Positions 50,261 to 59,974 of a stretch of 64,000 bases of DNA are shown in pieces (within the stretch, counting starts at the first letter, position 1; each line of letters starts with the position of its first letter). This DNA is from Geopsychrobacteraceae bacterium. GTDB taxonomy: Bacteria; Desulfobacterota; Desulfuromonadia; Desulfuromonadales; Geopsychrobacteraceae. The stretch is taken from assembly GCA_963662315.1 (NCBI GenBank), contig OY759353.1:3744001-3808000 (forward strand), written 5' to 3'. Below the pieces are notes generated by a model. That model had not been told where the DNA came from and ran no database searches. It saw only the letters and a list, made by a program, of their open reading frames with translations. Position numbers and translations under genes: made by a program.

Positions 50261-51925
50261 CTAAGTCATTCCACGGACAGAACCATCGTCCATAACGCGC
50301 CAACACTGGGCAGCTGGGTGTTTGGGGAGTCCAGGCATGCGCAGGATATCGCCAGTCAGAACAACCAGGAATCCGGCCCCGGAATTAATCTGAAGACCTC
50401 TGACTGTGATATCAAAATGACGGGGACGACCATACAGATTAGGGTCGTCAGACAGGGACCCCGGAGCCTTTGCGATACAAACCGGCAAGGCTGAATAGCC
50501 CAGAGTATTGACCTGATTCAGGTCCTTAGCTGCCTGTTTGGTAAAGGCGACATCGTCGGCGCCATAGATTTCACGGCAGACGATGCGGATTTTTTCCTCA
50601 ACCGGAAGATCCAAAGGATAAAGCGGTTGCCACTGGTCGTTAGCAGCAGCGGCTTCAAGTACGGTTTCTGCCAATTCAAGCGCTCCGTCACCGCCTTTCT
50701 GAAAGTGGTGACACGCGGCAAATCGTGTGCTTAATTCCTGGCACCGAGCCTTGATCAGATTGATTTCAGCCAGGGTGTCGCTAGCAAAACAGTTCAGCGC
50801 GACCACGGGTTTCAAATTGAATTTACAGACGTTTTCGATGTGCTTGTCGAGGTTGGCGAGTCCTTTACGTAAGGCGCCAAGGTCGGGTTCCTCAAGATGC
50901 TCCTTCGTTTTGCCTCCATGAAATTTCAGAGCCCTGACAGTGGTGACCAACACGACAGCAACAGGGTTCAGGCCCCCTAGACGGCATTTGATATCAAAAA
51001 ACTTTTCTGCTCCCAGATCAAAGCCAAAGCCCGCTTCGGTAATGGCCCAGTCCGCATAGTGACAAGCCATTTGTGTCGCGATCAGACTGTTGCAACCGTG
51101 AGCGATATTGGCAAACGGACCACCGTGAACTAGTGTCGGAACTCCTTCGAGGGTCTGTACCAGGTTCGGATGAATGGCGTCACGCAGCAGAGCAAGGATC
51201 GCATCGGTCACCTGTAATTCCCGGGCGAAAACCGGTCTGCCGTCATATGTAAAAGCCAGCAGAGTCGCTTCGATGTGCTTGCGTAAGTCCTGTAGATTGG
51301 TTGCCAGGCATAGCATGGCCATGATTTCTGAAGCTGCACTGATATCAAAGCCGCCTTCGCGGGGAACGCCCTGCTGTTTACCGCCAAGCCCAAGTACCAG
51401 ATGGCGCAGACTGCGGTCATTCATGTCAATGACCCGCCGCCACAGGATCTGGCGTGGATCAATGTTCAGATCATTGCCGTGGTACATGTGATTATCGAGG
51501 ATTGCAGATAAAAAATTATGTGCGCTGCTGACTGCATGGATATCCCCGGTAAAATGCAGGTTGATGCGATCCGCTGGAATAATCTGACTGAAGCCGCCAC
51601 CGGTCGCGCCACCTTTCATCCCCAGGCAGGGGCCAAGGGATGGTTCACGCAAGGCCAGGCAGGTAGATTTTCCCAGCTTGGCCAGTGCCTGTCCCAAGCC
51701 GATACTGGTTGTGGTTTTCCCTTCTCCTGCAGCTGTTGGGGTCGTGGCTGAGACGAGAATCAGGTTTCCTTGTCTGGTGGTTGGTCGTTGCAGAGCCCGA
51801 ATATCGACTTTGGCCATTTCCCGGCCATGTGGCAGCAGGTCATGGCGTTCGATTTGCATCCGATCTGCAATCCGGGCGATGGGTTCGGGTCGTGCCATAC
51901 GGCAGATTTCAAAGTCACTTAACAT
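50261..51925 (-). CDS. fhs: Formate--tetrahydrofolate ligase
   Basis: TPTAAGEGKTT, KGGATGGG, HGGPFANIAHG, TEAGFG.DLGAEKF. Confidence 0.97.
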   Translation of the reverse strand: MLSDFEICRMARPEPIARIADRMQIERHDLLPHGREMAKVDIRALQRPTTRQGNLILVSATTPTAAGEGKTTTSIGLGQALAKLGKSTCLALREPSLGPCLGMKGGATGGGFSQIIPADRINLHFTGDIHAVSSAHNFLSAILDNHMYHGNDLNIDPRQILWRRVIDMNDRSLRHLVLGLGGKQQGVPREGGFDISAASEIMAMLCLATNLQDLRKHIEATLLAFTYDGRPVFARELQVTDAILALLRDAIHPNLVQTLEGVPTLVHGGPFANIAHGCNSLIATQMACHYADWAITEAGFGFDLGAEKFFDIKCRLGGLNPVAVVLVTTVRALKFHGGKTKEHLEEPDLGALRKGLANLDKHIENVCKFNLKPVVALNCFASDTLAEINLIKARCQELSTRFAACHHFQKGGDGALELAETVLEAAAANDQWQPLYPLDLPVEEKIRIVCREIYGADDVAFTKQAAKDLNQVNTLGYSALPVCIAKAPGSLSDDPNLYGRPRHFDITVRGLQINSGAGFLVVLTGDILRMPGLPKHPAAQCWRVMDDGSVRGMT

Positions 51926-52144
51926 GATAAGGCTCCCTTCTCAAGGTACAGGAGAGGTGTTTCTCCTATTTTACCATGGAGTAGAGTGGCCTTTATGAGG
52001 GCCGTATTCAAGAACTGAAACGATTTGATTTCTCCGCAGTACCGTGTCGTCATAAACCCCGTTGAGCAGGCGCTGTTTCAGTCCCAGAAACAGCACCAAG
52101 GTGTGAGCAGTAAACCCTGGCGCTGTTTGGGTGTGTTGCAATAA

Positions 52145-52735
52145 TTAGAAGTGATAACTGATGCCTAGGCGCAAGGTTATCAGCCCAAGAGTTTTGTTTT
52201 TGTCTCCGGCAATGTCGATCTCCGTACCGGTCGTGGTGATTTCAAGGTTAGTGGATATTTTTTCATTGAATTGGTATGCAGTTCCTCCGCCTAGCAGGGC
52301 CTGGAAGCTTCCGTCATCTTTTTGTTCACCATTCTGGGTGATATCATAGCCCAGGTAGACCGAACCCAAAATTCCATAGACTGACCAGCTATCCCATTCA
52401 TAGCCGAGGTGAACTTTGAGCCCGTATTGAGGGTCCAGTTTTATCCTGTCACCGGAAGAGGATTTTTTACTTGCTGTCGTGTCATGATAAAATATTTCTC
52501 CAGCAGCAAATAATCCTTTGAAAATTCTATGTTTATAGCCGGCATAGACACCGCCGGAAACCTTGGAGTCACCATCCAGTTTTTCCGTGTTGTCCCCGCT
52601 GTCCACAACAAAACCGGAACCGATAACGGCTACTCCCGTATAAAAACCGTTACCAGTGCCGTCGGCGTGCGCTGCCCCTGTCGTGATGGCGACCAGCACG
52701 GCTGCAATCAGTATCTGTTTTATCCCTTTCATCAT
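52145..52735 (-). CDS. Small outer-membrane beta-barrel protein
   Basis: AAGGAG RBS; signal peptide ending AHA; amphipathic strands; C-terminal GISYHF. Confidence 0.85.
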   Translation of the reverse strand: MMKGIKQILIAAVLVAITTGAAHADGTGNGFYTGVAVIGSGFVVDSGDNTEKLDGDSKVSGGVYAGYKHRIFKGLFAAGEIFYHDTTASKKSSSGDRIKLDPQYGLKVHLGYEWDSWSVYGILGSVYLGYDITQNGEQKDDGSFQALLGGGTAYQFNEKISTNLEITTTGTEIDIAGDKNKTLGLITLRLGISYHF

Positions 52736-52835
52736 ATCTCCTTTTACATTGTTAATACTGGTGGTTGTTAGCCTGCGATGACTTCTTTGATGTTCGAACA
52801 TTACCGTAGGCAGCGATTCAGCGCTGTGGAACTTC

Positions 52836-52909
52836 TGTATAGAAATGTGTGTAATTGTAAAATGCTGGCCATTGGGACCGATCCATACAAAAACTGACAA
52901 TCGCTGACA
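52836..52909. promoter_or_regulatory. Two oppositely oriented triplets of 10-bp-periodic NACA boxes (OmpR/RstA-type sites)
   Basis: TGTA/TGTG/TGTA at 52836, 52846, 52856; TACA/GACA/GACA at 52886, 52896, 52906. Confidence 0.55.
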
Positions 52910-53130
52910 AATGTGCAATGGATTTGATGTGTTCCCTGTGTGGTACCATGCGAGCGTCGATGCCAGGGAGAGTTACGGGGCTGTGGCGATAGGCCGGCTA
53001 GTTAAGACACTTTGCATGCTTGCTGGCGGCACTCAGTTTAATTATCATTGCTGGCAAGCAAACTTGTCGCGACAGGATCATATTTCTTCCATACCCTGCA
53101 GCACAATGTAGAGGATGAGACAGAGGCAGC

Positions 53131-53844
53131 ATGGATTTTACAAAACGGATCTTAGTGGTTGAGGATGACCAACGGCTGGGGGACTTGATCAGTTCCTATT
53201 TAAATCAACAGGGTTTCGATGTCGCTCTGGAGCGCCGAGGGGATAACGCCCCGGCACGTATTTTCGGGGAACGGCCAGATCTGGTTATCCTTGATCTGCT
53301 GCTGCCTGGTTTGGATGGCTTGACCATCTGTCAGCAGGTCAGGAGCGAGTATGAAGGGCCGATTCTCATGCTGACCGCTCTTGAAGATGATATGGATCAG
53401 GTTGCCGGCTTGGAAGTGGGGGCAGACGATTATGTTAAAAAACCGGTGTTACCAAGGGTGCTGCTCGCCCGCATCCGGGCTCTGTTGCGACGCTGGGAAA
53501 AAACGGCTGCAGAGAGTGACAGCACGTTGGAACCAATAGCGGAACTGGTTTTTGGCAAATTACGGATTAACCGGGCAGCGCAAAGTGTTCAGCTTGATGG
53601 GCAGCCGGTTATTTTGACGACGAACGAGTTTAACCTGTTGTGGTTGTTAGCCAGTCATGCCGGGCAGATTTTGGATCGTGACACCATTTACCGTAACCTG
53701 CGGGGAATCGAGTATGACGGCTTAGACAGATCTGTGGATTTGACCATTTCGCATCTGCGTAAAAAGTTGGAAGATGATGCCGATCATCCCAAGCGCATCA
53801 AAACGGTTTGGGGGCAAGGATACCTGTTTGCTCTGAACAGTTGA
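53131..53844 (+). CDS. OmpR family response regulator (RstA/ParR-like)
   Basis: VEDD, ILDLLLP, GIEYDGLDRSVD, IKTVWGQGY. Confidence 0.93.
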   Translation: MDFTKRILVVEDDQRLGDLISSYLNQQGFDVALERRGDNAPARIFGERPDLVILDLLLPGLDGLTICQQVRSEYEGPILMLTALEDDMDQVAGLEVGADDYVKKPVLPRVLLARIRALLRRWEKTAAESDSTLEPIAELVFGKLRINRAAQSVQLDGQPVILTTNEFNLLWLLASHAGQILDRDTIYRNLRGIEYDGLDRSVDLTISHLRKKLEDDADHPKRIKTVWGQGYLFALNS

Positions 53845-53854
53845 GGTCGTTTCG

Positions 53855-55144
53855 ATGAAGCGGATATTTTTTTCTTTTTTTCTGTTTATCATGATCAGCA
53901 TGATCGGGTTGCAGTATGCCCAGCCGTTGCTGATCGGTAAGCCTCTGCAGGAATATTATCGACAGGAATATCTTGTTTATTGGCGCAACCTGACACGCGG
54001 AACCCTTCATCTGTTGTTGGAGGAGCTGCAGCCTCTTGCCCCAGCCCAGCGAGAGCTACGTCTGCAGCAACTGCAAAATCATTTTGGCTACCCGATAGAC
54101 CTTGTTGATGTCGATGATCTGACCTTATCGTCAGCGGAGCGTCAGCAGTTGAATCGTCATCTCACCGTTGTCAAAAACAACGGTTCCCTGTTTTACCGAA
54201 TCATTCCGGGAACAGACCGGGCGATAGTCATGGGACCGTTCCAGGATATCGACATATCAACGCTGGTTCATCTTTCGTCCTGGGTCCTGATTACCCTGCT
54301 CTTTGGACTTATGGCCATGCTCTGGGCACGACCGTTTTGGTCGAAATTGAGAAAAATCAGTAATGCGGCTCAAGCTTTCGGGCAGGGAGACTTTAGTGCT
54401 CGAGCTCAATTGCCGCAGCGTTCAGCCCTGGCTCCGCTGGCTGGGACATTTAACGACATGGCCGGGCGCATACAGCAGCTGATCGGATCGCACAAAGAAC
54501 TGACCCGGGCAGTCTCTCACGAACTGCGAACCCCCATTTCGAGGATACGATTTGGCCTGGAAATGGCACAATCCTCGACAACAGAACTGGAATGGCAAAA
54601 ATACATTGTCGATATTGGTCGTGATGTTGATGAGTTGGATGAACTGGTTTCCGAGCTGCTGATTTATGCGCGATTTGACCGGGAGGCGCCAAAACTTCAC
54701 CAGGAACAGTTGGCCCTGGCCCCATGGTTGCTGGAAACCGTCAGAGAAACCGCAACCACACTGACGCGAACGACAGTCACATGCCATATTGCTGAACAGG
54801 CTGAAACGGTCAGCGCGCAGATCGCTCCGCGCTATCTGGCGCGAGCGGTCAGTAACTTAATCATCAACGCCGATAAATATGCAGAGAGCAAAATTGTGGT
54901 CAGGTTAGAAACGCAGGGCCAGCGTTGTCTTATTCATATCGATGATGATGGTCCGGGTATTCCCAGTGCTGACCGCGAACGGATCTTCAAACCTTTTGTC
55001 AGGCTGGATGTCAGCCGGGCTAAAGAGACTGGCGGCCATGGCCTGGGTCTGGCAATTGTCAAGCAGGTCATTACCTTGCACGGTGGAACGGTCTGGACCG
55101 AACCTTCCCCGTTGGGAGGTGCTCGTTTTACCCTGTGTTGGTAG
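53855..55144 (+). CDS. Sensor histidine kinase (RstB/ParS-like)
   Basis: Two TM, HAMP, VSHELRTP, DDGPG, GGHGLGLAIV. Confidence 0.93.
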   Translation: MKRIFFSFFLFIMISMIGLQYAQPLLIGKPLQEYYRQEYLVYWRNLTRGTLHLLLEELQPLAPAQRELRLQQLQNHFGYPIDLVDVDDLTLSSAERQQLNRHLTVVKNNGSLFYRIIPGTDRAIVMGPFQDIDISTLVHLSSWVLITLLFGLMAMLWARPFWSKLRKISNAAQAFGQGDFSARAQLPQRSALAPLAGTFNDMAGRIQQLIGSHKELTRAVSHELRTPISRIRFGLEMAQSSTTELEWQKYIVDIGRDVDELDELVSELLIYARFDREAPKLHQEQLALAPWLLETVRETATTLTRTTVTCHIAEQAETVSAQIAPRYLARAVSNLIINADKYAESKIVVRLETQGQRCLIHIDDDGPGIPSADRERIFKPFVRLDVSRAKETGGHGLGLAIVKQVITLHGGTVWTEPSPLGGARFTLCW

Positions 55145-55287
55145 GGTGTTGCATGTGTCTGTTTTTTGTATGAAAGGGCTCGGCACTCCTTTTGAACCAT
55201 CAGTCTCTTCGCCCGTTTATCTGTTTCGAAGGTCTGCCTTGACTGGAAAACGCTCTGTTAGAAGTAATAATGAAAAATTGTAACGGA

Positions 55288-55983
55288 TCAGTCGTTAGGG
55301 CGGTCACGCCAGTCATAAATGCCATGAAACAGACGCTGATCGAGTTGCAGGCGTGATCCTTCCTTACTGCACAGTCCGGCTTTGATCCACTTGTTCTGGA
55401 TGCGGCTGATAGTGACCCGGCTGGCATTAATGATCATGCCCAGCTCTTCGCTGGTCAGTTTGATAGGCAATTTAACCCAACCCTCTGGTTTCAGCATGCC
55501 ACTGGAAAACAACACGGCTTTATAGAAGGTTCTTAACCGATCTTCGTGGGACAGTGTTGCGTTGGCAATCATTCCCTCTAGGATGCTTTCATGTTTGAAA
55601 ATGCTTTCCTTCAGGACAATCTCGGCAATTTCCTGGTTGCTCCGGATATGGCGGCGGTATAGCTCTGGTGAAATAGAGAGAACTTCGGTTCCTTTTTGGG
55701 CGTAGGTTGTCACATTGACCCGTTTACCAGAGAGGCAGGAGAGGTTGCAGATACTGCGCCCCGGGGGAAGAATCGCCATGACACTGGTTTTTCCCTGCGT
55801 GTAGTTTACATAATACAAACAAAGCCCTTTTACTACGTAAAAGAGCTTGCTGCCGTCACCTCCGGACTTCAGGATGGAGTGTTTGGTAATCTTTTGGCTG
55901 CGCCCGTATTTATCGAACAGATCACGAATCAGCTGATGCTCGGTGGGCGGAACCCAGGGTAAGCCGTTAAAAACCTGACGCAT
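55288..55983 (-). CDS. Crp/Fnr family transcriptional regulator
   Basis: cNMP-like beta roll (LFYVVKG); HTH LTSEELGMIINASRVTISR. Confidence 0.9.
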   Translation of the reverse strand: MRQVFNGLPWVPPTEHQLIRDLFDKYGRSQKITKHSILKSGGDGSKLFYVVKGLCLYYVNYTQGKTSVMAILPPGRSICNLSCLSGKRVNVTTYAQKGTEVLSISPELYRRHIRSNQEIAEIVLKESIFKHESILEGMIANATLSHEDRLRTFYKAVLFSSGMLKPEGWVKLPIKLTSEELGMIINASRVTISRIQNKWIKAGLCSKEGSRLQLDQRLFHGIYDWRDRPND

Positions 55984-56139
55984 ATTGTGAGTCTCTCCTG
56001 CAACGGATTGCTGCGGTTATTACCTACGCCGCGCAGTTCACCGGATAATCAGGGGGAAATCAATCGGTTTTTCAATAATTGGTCTTTTTCTGATGCCAGG
56101 AGGCCATTATTAAAGGTTATTTGTCCTGTAGGGCCAAAG

Positions 56140-56484
56140 CTAAGGGACTTTGACTTCAAAGTGATGACAGTCCGCACAATACAACGTTGATGGCTCATGG
56201 ATGCGGTGGCACAGAGTGCAGCGGAGCTGGCCATCGTGGGAATTATGAATATTGACTTCGCGGGTATTGCCGGCATCGGAATAGGTTTTGACCGTACCGG
56301 GAATTTCGCTGTGACAGCCGATACAGGTTTTGGCTGAGGCGCGTTTTTCAGGGGTTGCGGTGCCATGACAGTCTGCGCAGCTGATGTCATTGTCCAGGTG
56401 TGCTTTATTGACGGTCATATCGGCAGCGCAGATAGAAACCAGTGAAAAGGTCATGAGTATGATAAATGAAACCAGACGGATCAT
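56140..56484 (-). CDS. Small tetraheme cytochrome c (flavocytochrome partner)
   Basis: Signal peptide; CADCH, CIGCH, CTLCH, CADCH. Confidence 0.92.
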   Translation of the reverse strand: MIRLVSFIILMTFSLVSICAADMTVNKAHLDNDISCADCHGTATPEKRASAKTCIGCHSEIPGTVKTYSDAGNTREVNIHNSHDGQLRCTLCHRIHEPSTLYCADCHHFEVKVP

Positions 56485-56507
56485 GGTTGCTATATCTCCT
56501 TAAAAAT

Positions 56508-56537
56508 AGGTCAGGGATATCTTGTTATCCCTGACCT
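56508..56537 (-). terminator. Hairpin between flavoprotein and cytochrome genes
   Basis: AGGTCAGGGATA/TATCCCTGACCT, followed on the minus strand by ATTTTT and then the RBS. Confidence 0.6.
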
Positions 56538-56583
56538 TGTGTTCATAATGAAGAAACGTGTGCAACGGAAATAAAATGAAACT

Positions 56584-58083
56584 TTATTTGACCGTTTTGA
56601 TGTATTCAGCAGCATCTTCTGCTGCCATGCGACCGGTATTGACAGCATATCCCATGGTACTGCCAGCCATCAGCAGATCATAACTATCGCCGTACATGCC
56701 GGCGGCAATATTGCCAACAGCATAAAGCCCAGGGATGATATCGTCTGACTGGTTGAGGACCCTCATCTCTTTAGTGACAGAAACGCCACCCAGAGTACCT
56801 AAGGACGTTGGGTAGGCTTTTACCGCATAAAAAGGCCCTTTTCTAACTGGTTGCAGGTATTTTGGTTCTTTGGCGAACTGGCCGTCATGCTTGCGATCAG
56901 CGAAGGTGTTGTAAAGATCAACGGTCTCTTTGAGGTTGGTGGCAGGAACGCCCATGTTTTTGGCCAGTTCCTCAATAGTATCGCCTTTAAAGGCCAGACC
57001 TTTATTGATACCTCTTTCCAAATCTTGCTCGAGTTTGGTCAGTTTTGTTCTAACTGGAACCATAACACCGACACCAACATCAATCCCTTTTTCCATCATG
57101 TATGCTTTGGTGGCGGAATCATAGACTGCATACATCATGCCACCAACGCGTTCCAGAGCGTTACCGGCGAAAGGCCACTGAAAAATGACCATCTCATCGG
57201 TAAAGCGTTGGCCATGCTTGTCGACCCAAAGATAAGGCTGGCGGGCGGTAGCAACGAGCTGAGAGGTTGTCGATTCGCCAGGAAGACCAGGACGATAGGA
57301 AATAACGACATCCATTGCCTCTGTTGTGGCTCCAGCAGCTTGCATCATCTTGATACCGTCACCGGTTTTACCGACATTGCCGACAGACACGACATCGGGG
57401 GTACGGGTGTATTTTTGCATCATTTCTTTGTTGTTGAGGAAGCCGCCAGTAGCGACAATAACCGCCTTGGCCGCAATGTTGATTTTTTCACCGTCAGCAT
57501 TTTCAGCAACAACTCCTGCGACACGGCCATCTTTAACAATAAGGCTTTTTCCTGGGGTCTCAGTCATGACTTTAATATTCATTTCCGGAAATTTTTTCAT
57601 CAGGGTTTCCAGCATGGTTTTGCCGCGCCCCTTGAAAATGTGCCAGCACTGCAGCCCGCCAGGATAGTTTGAAGTCAGTTCCTCGAACTCGACGCCCTGA
57701 TGTTCGAGCCACTCAACGGTGTCGGCTGACTTGTCGACAAAGGCTCTGACTAAAGGAGCATTAGCCCGCCAGTGGCTGTAATTCATGATCATTTTGAACG
57801 CCTCGTCCTTGGTAAGGACGATATTCCGTTCGAGTTGCATTTTGCTTTCGGCAGCAAACAAACCTTCAGAATATTTGGCCGTACCACCAACTGAGGGTTG
57901 TTTTTCAAGCACGATAACGCTTTTAGCTCCCTGCTGGGCAACTGCGTAGGCAGCAGAGATACCAGAGCCGCCGGCACCGACAACCACAACATCAGCTTCC
58001 AGTTTCTGGTCGGCCACAGCAAGTGTGCTGAAAGCGACCAGAGTGAGCATCAACAGTATGCTCAATAAAACCAATTTTTTCAT
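56584..58083 (-). CDS. Periplasmic FAD-dependent oxidoreductase (flavocytochrome c flavin subunit family)
   Basis: Sec-type signal; VVVGAGGSG, ATGGF, TGDG, TLGG, IPGLYAVG. Confidence 0.9.
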   Translation of the reverse strand: MKKLVLLSILLMLTLVAFSTLAVADQKLEADVVVVGAGGSGISAAYAVAQQGAKSVIVLEKQPSVGGTAKYSEGLFAAESKMQLERNIVLTKDEAFKMIMNYSHWRANAPLVRAFVDKSADTVEWLEHQGVEFEELTSNYPGGLQCWHIFKGRGKTMLETLMKKFPEMNIKVMTETPGKSLIVKDGRVAGVVAENADGEKINIAAKAVIVATGGFLNNKEMMQKYTRTPDVVSVGNVGKTGDGIKMMQAAGATTEAMDVVISYRPGLPGESTTSQLVATARQPYLWVDKHGQRFTDEMVIFQWPFAGNALERVGGMMYAVYDSATKAYMMEKGIDVGVGVMVPVRTKLTKLEQDLERGINKGLAFKGDTIEELAKNMGVPATNLKETVDLYNTFADRKHDGQFAKEPKYLQPVRKGPFYAVKAYPTSLGTLGGVSVTKEMRVLNQSDDIIPGLYAVGNIAAGMYGDSYDLLMAGSTMGYAVNTGRMAAEDAAEYIKTVK

Positions 58084-58162
58084 ACCTTCCTCCATAATGA
58101 TCGATTTTATGAGATCAGTCTCATATCGGTCTGAGATTTTAGCAGGTGCAATGGGGGGGAAA

Positions 58163-58178
58163 TGTATCACCAGTTACA
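58163..58178. promoter_or_regulatory. Candidate Crp-family operator TGTA-N8-TACA
   Basis: TGTATCACCAGTTACA, 80 bp upstream of the flavoprotein ATG. Confidence 0.5.
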
Positions 58179-58294
58179 AAAAGCAGAATTCCCGGAAATA
58201 TTTGATTCACAACCCTTTTTTGTCTGCTAATATGGTAATTCGGAACACCGCTTCTGGCTCGCTTCCTCAGCGGAAAAAATGCGCGGGAGAATTT

Positions 58295-59278
58295 ATGAAA
58301 ATAGCCATACTGGATGATTATCAGAATAGCGTGATCCAGCTTCCCTGTTTTTCACTGCTTGCTGAGCATGAGGTCGTTGTCTTTAACGATACTCCCGCAA
58401 CTGAAGAACAGTTGGTCGCGCGGTTGCATGATGTGGATGCGTTGGTGCTGATTCGTGAACGGACTGCAATTACCGACAGTTTACTGGCCGGGCTGCCCAA
58501 CCTTAAACTGATTAGTCAAACCGGAAAAATCAGCAGTCACCTGGATTTGAAAGCTTGTACTGCCCACGGTGTTGCTGTTGCCGAAGGGGTCGGTTCACCA
58601 GTCTCTACCGCAGAGTTGTGCTGGGCCCTGATCATGGCTGCCAGCCGCCATATTATTCCCTATACGTGCAATCTTAAACAGGGACTCTGGCAGGATTCCG
58701 GAACCTTTGGTTTAGGCCGGACCCTGAACGGTTTGACGCTGGGGATCTGGGGGTACGGGAAAATCGGCAAACGCATCGCCGGTTTTGGTGACGCCTTTGG
58801 GATGCAGGTTCTGGTTTGGGGGCGCGAACCCTCGCGGGAACTTGCGCTTAAAGATGGGTATCTGGCGGCAGCAAGTAAGGACGATTTTTTTGCCACGGCC
58901 GATGTTTTGTCGCTGCATTTACGCTTGAACGATGTCACCAAGGGATGTGTTAGCGCCGCTGACCTTGCGCGCACGAAAGCCGATGCCCTGTTTGTCAATA
59001 CCAGCAGGTCCGCTTTGGTGGAGGAAGGTGCTTTAGTTGCCGCTTTGAAGCAGGGGCATCCCGGATTTGCCGCTGTTGATGTTTATGATCAGGAGCCGGC
59101 GACGACTGACAATGAACCTTTGCTGTCGTTACCCAATGTTCTGTGTTCACCCCATCTCGGGTATGTCGAGCGTAACAGTTATCAGCTCTACTTTAATGCT
59201 GTTTTTGAAAACGTGCTGATGTTTGCTCAGGGAGAACCGCAGAATATTGCCAACCCAGAGGTGCTGATTCCACACTAG
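58295..59278 (+). CDS. D-2-hydroxyacid dehydrogenase family protein
   Basis: MKIAILDDYQ, IRERT, GYGKIG, VNTSR, DVYDQEP, PHLGY. Confidence 0.93.
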   Translation: MKIAILDDYQNSVIQLPCFSLLAEHEVVVFNDTPATEEQLVARLHDVDALVLIRERTAITDSLLAGLPNLKLISQTGKISSHLDLKACTAHGVAVAEGVGSPVSTAELCWALIMAASRHIIPYTCNLKQGLWQDSGTFGLGRTLNGLTLGIWGYGKIGKRIAGFGDAFGMQVLVWGREPSRELALKDGYLAAASKDDFFATADVLSLHLRLNDVTKGCVSAADLARTKADALFVNTSRSALVEEGALVAALKQGHPGFAAVDVYDQEPATTDNEPLLSLPNVLCSPHLGYVERNSYQLYFNAVFENVLMFAQGEPQNIANPEVLIPH

Positions 59279-59284
59279 AATGGC

Positions 59285-59974
59285 TCAGGCCTTGAAATAC
59301 TTTCTTTCCGGTCGGCCAATGGTGCCGTATTCCAGGTTGATCTTCAAAAAGCCGGTTGAAATGAGGTATTCCAGGTATTTGCGAGCGGTGGTACGGCTGG
59401 CACCAATAAAGTGACCGACTTCTTCGGCGCTTTGCCCCTTGTCCGGCCGCATGCTGAAGCTGTCGATGACTTTTTCCAGAGTCAGGGGGTCGATCCCTTT
59501 TGGGACCTCATGCTGAGCGGTATTGTGACTGCTGACCTGGGTATGGCGAAAGAACTGATCAACGCCTTCCTGGTTGACATCTTGGAGGGCTTTGAGTTTA
59601 AGCCAGTGCTGACGATAGTTGCCCAGGGCTTCTTCGAAACGCTGAAAGAAAACCGGCTTTATCATGTAGTCAAAAACACCGCTGCGCAGGGCGTTGTGCA
59701 ACAGCTTCACCTCTTTGGCTGCGGTAATCAGGATGACATCGCAATTGGCATGATTACGGCGTAAGGTGTCCAGAAAATCCATGCCATTGCCATCGGGAAA
59801 ATAAACATCCAGCAGAATCAGGTCCGGCTCTAAGGCGGCCACCATTTCCATTGCGTCGGTCAGCAGATTGACCACTCCGGTTACGGTAAATCCTTCGACC
59901 TTTTCGACAAAGAGCTGATGCGCCTTGGCGACTTTGAGATTATCTTCAATAATCAGAACTTCGATTGTTCTCAT
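59285..59974 (-). CDS. CitB/DcuR family response regulator
   Basis: ILLDVYFPDG, PKGID..TL, SRTTARKYLEYL, YG.IGRP. Confidence 0.92.
   Translation of the reverse strand: MRTIEVLIIEDNLKVAKAHQLFVEKVEGFTVTGVVNLLTDAMEMVAALEPDLILLDVYFPDGNGMDFLDTLRRNHANCDVILITAAKEVKLLHNALRSGVFDYMIKPVFFQRFEEALGNYRQHWLKLKALQDVNQEGVDQFFRHTQVSSHNTAQHEVPKGIDPLTLEKVIDSFSMRPDKGQSAEEVGHFIGASRTTARKYLEYLISTGFLKINLEYGTIGRPERKYFKA

Noticed and set aside
51926..52144. ZTP or THF riboswitch upstream of fhs
   Set aside because: Consensus elements not found on the minus strand; the 52069-52097 stem is more simply the OMP terminator
56851..57672. 273-aa plus-strand ORF
   Set aside because: Antisense shadow of the flavoprotein gene
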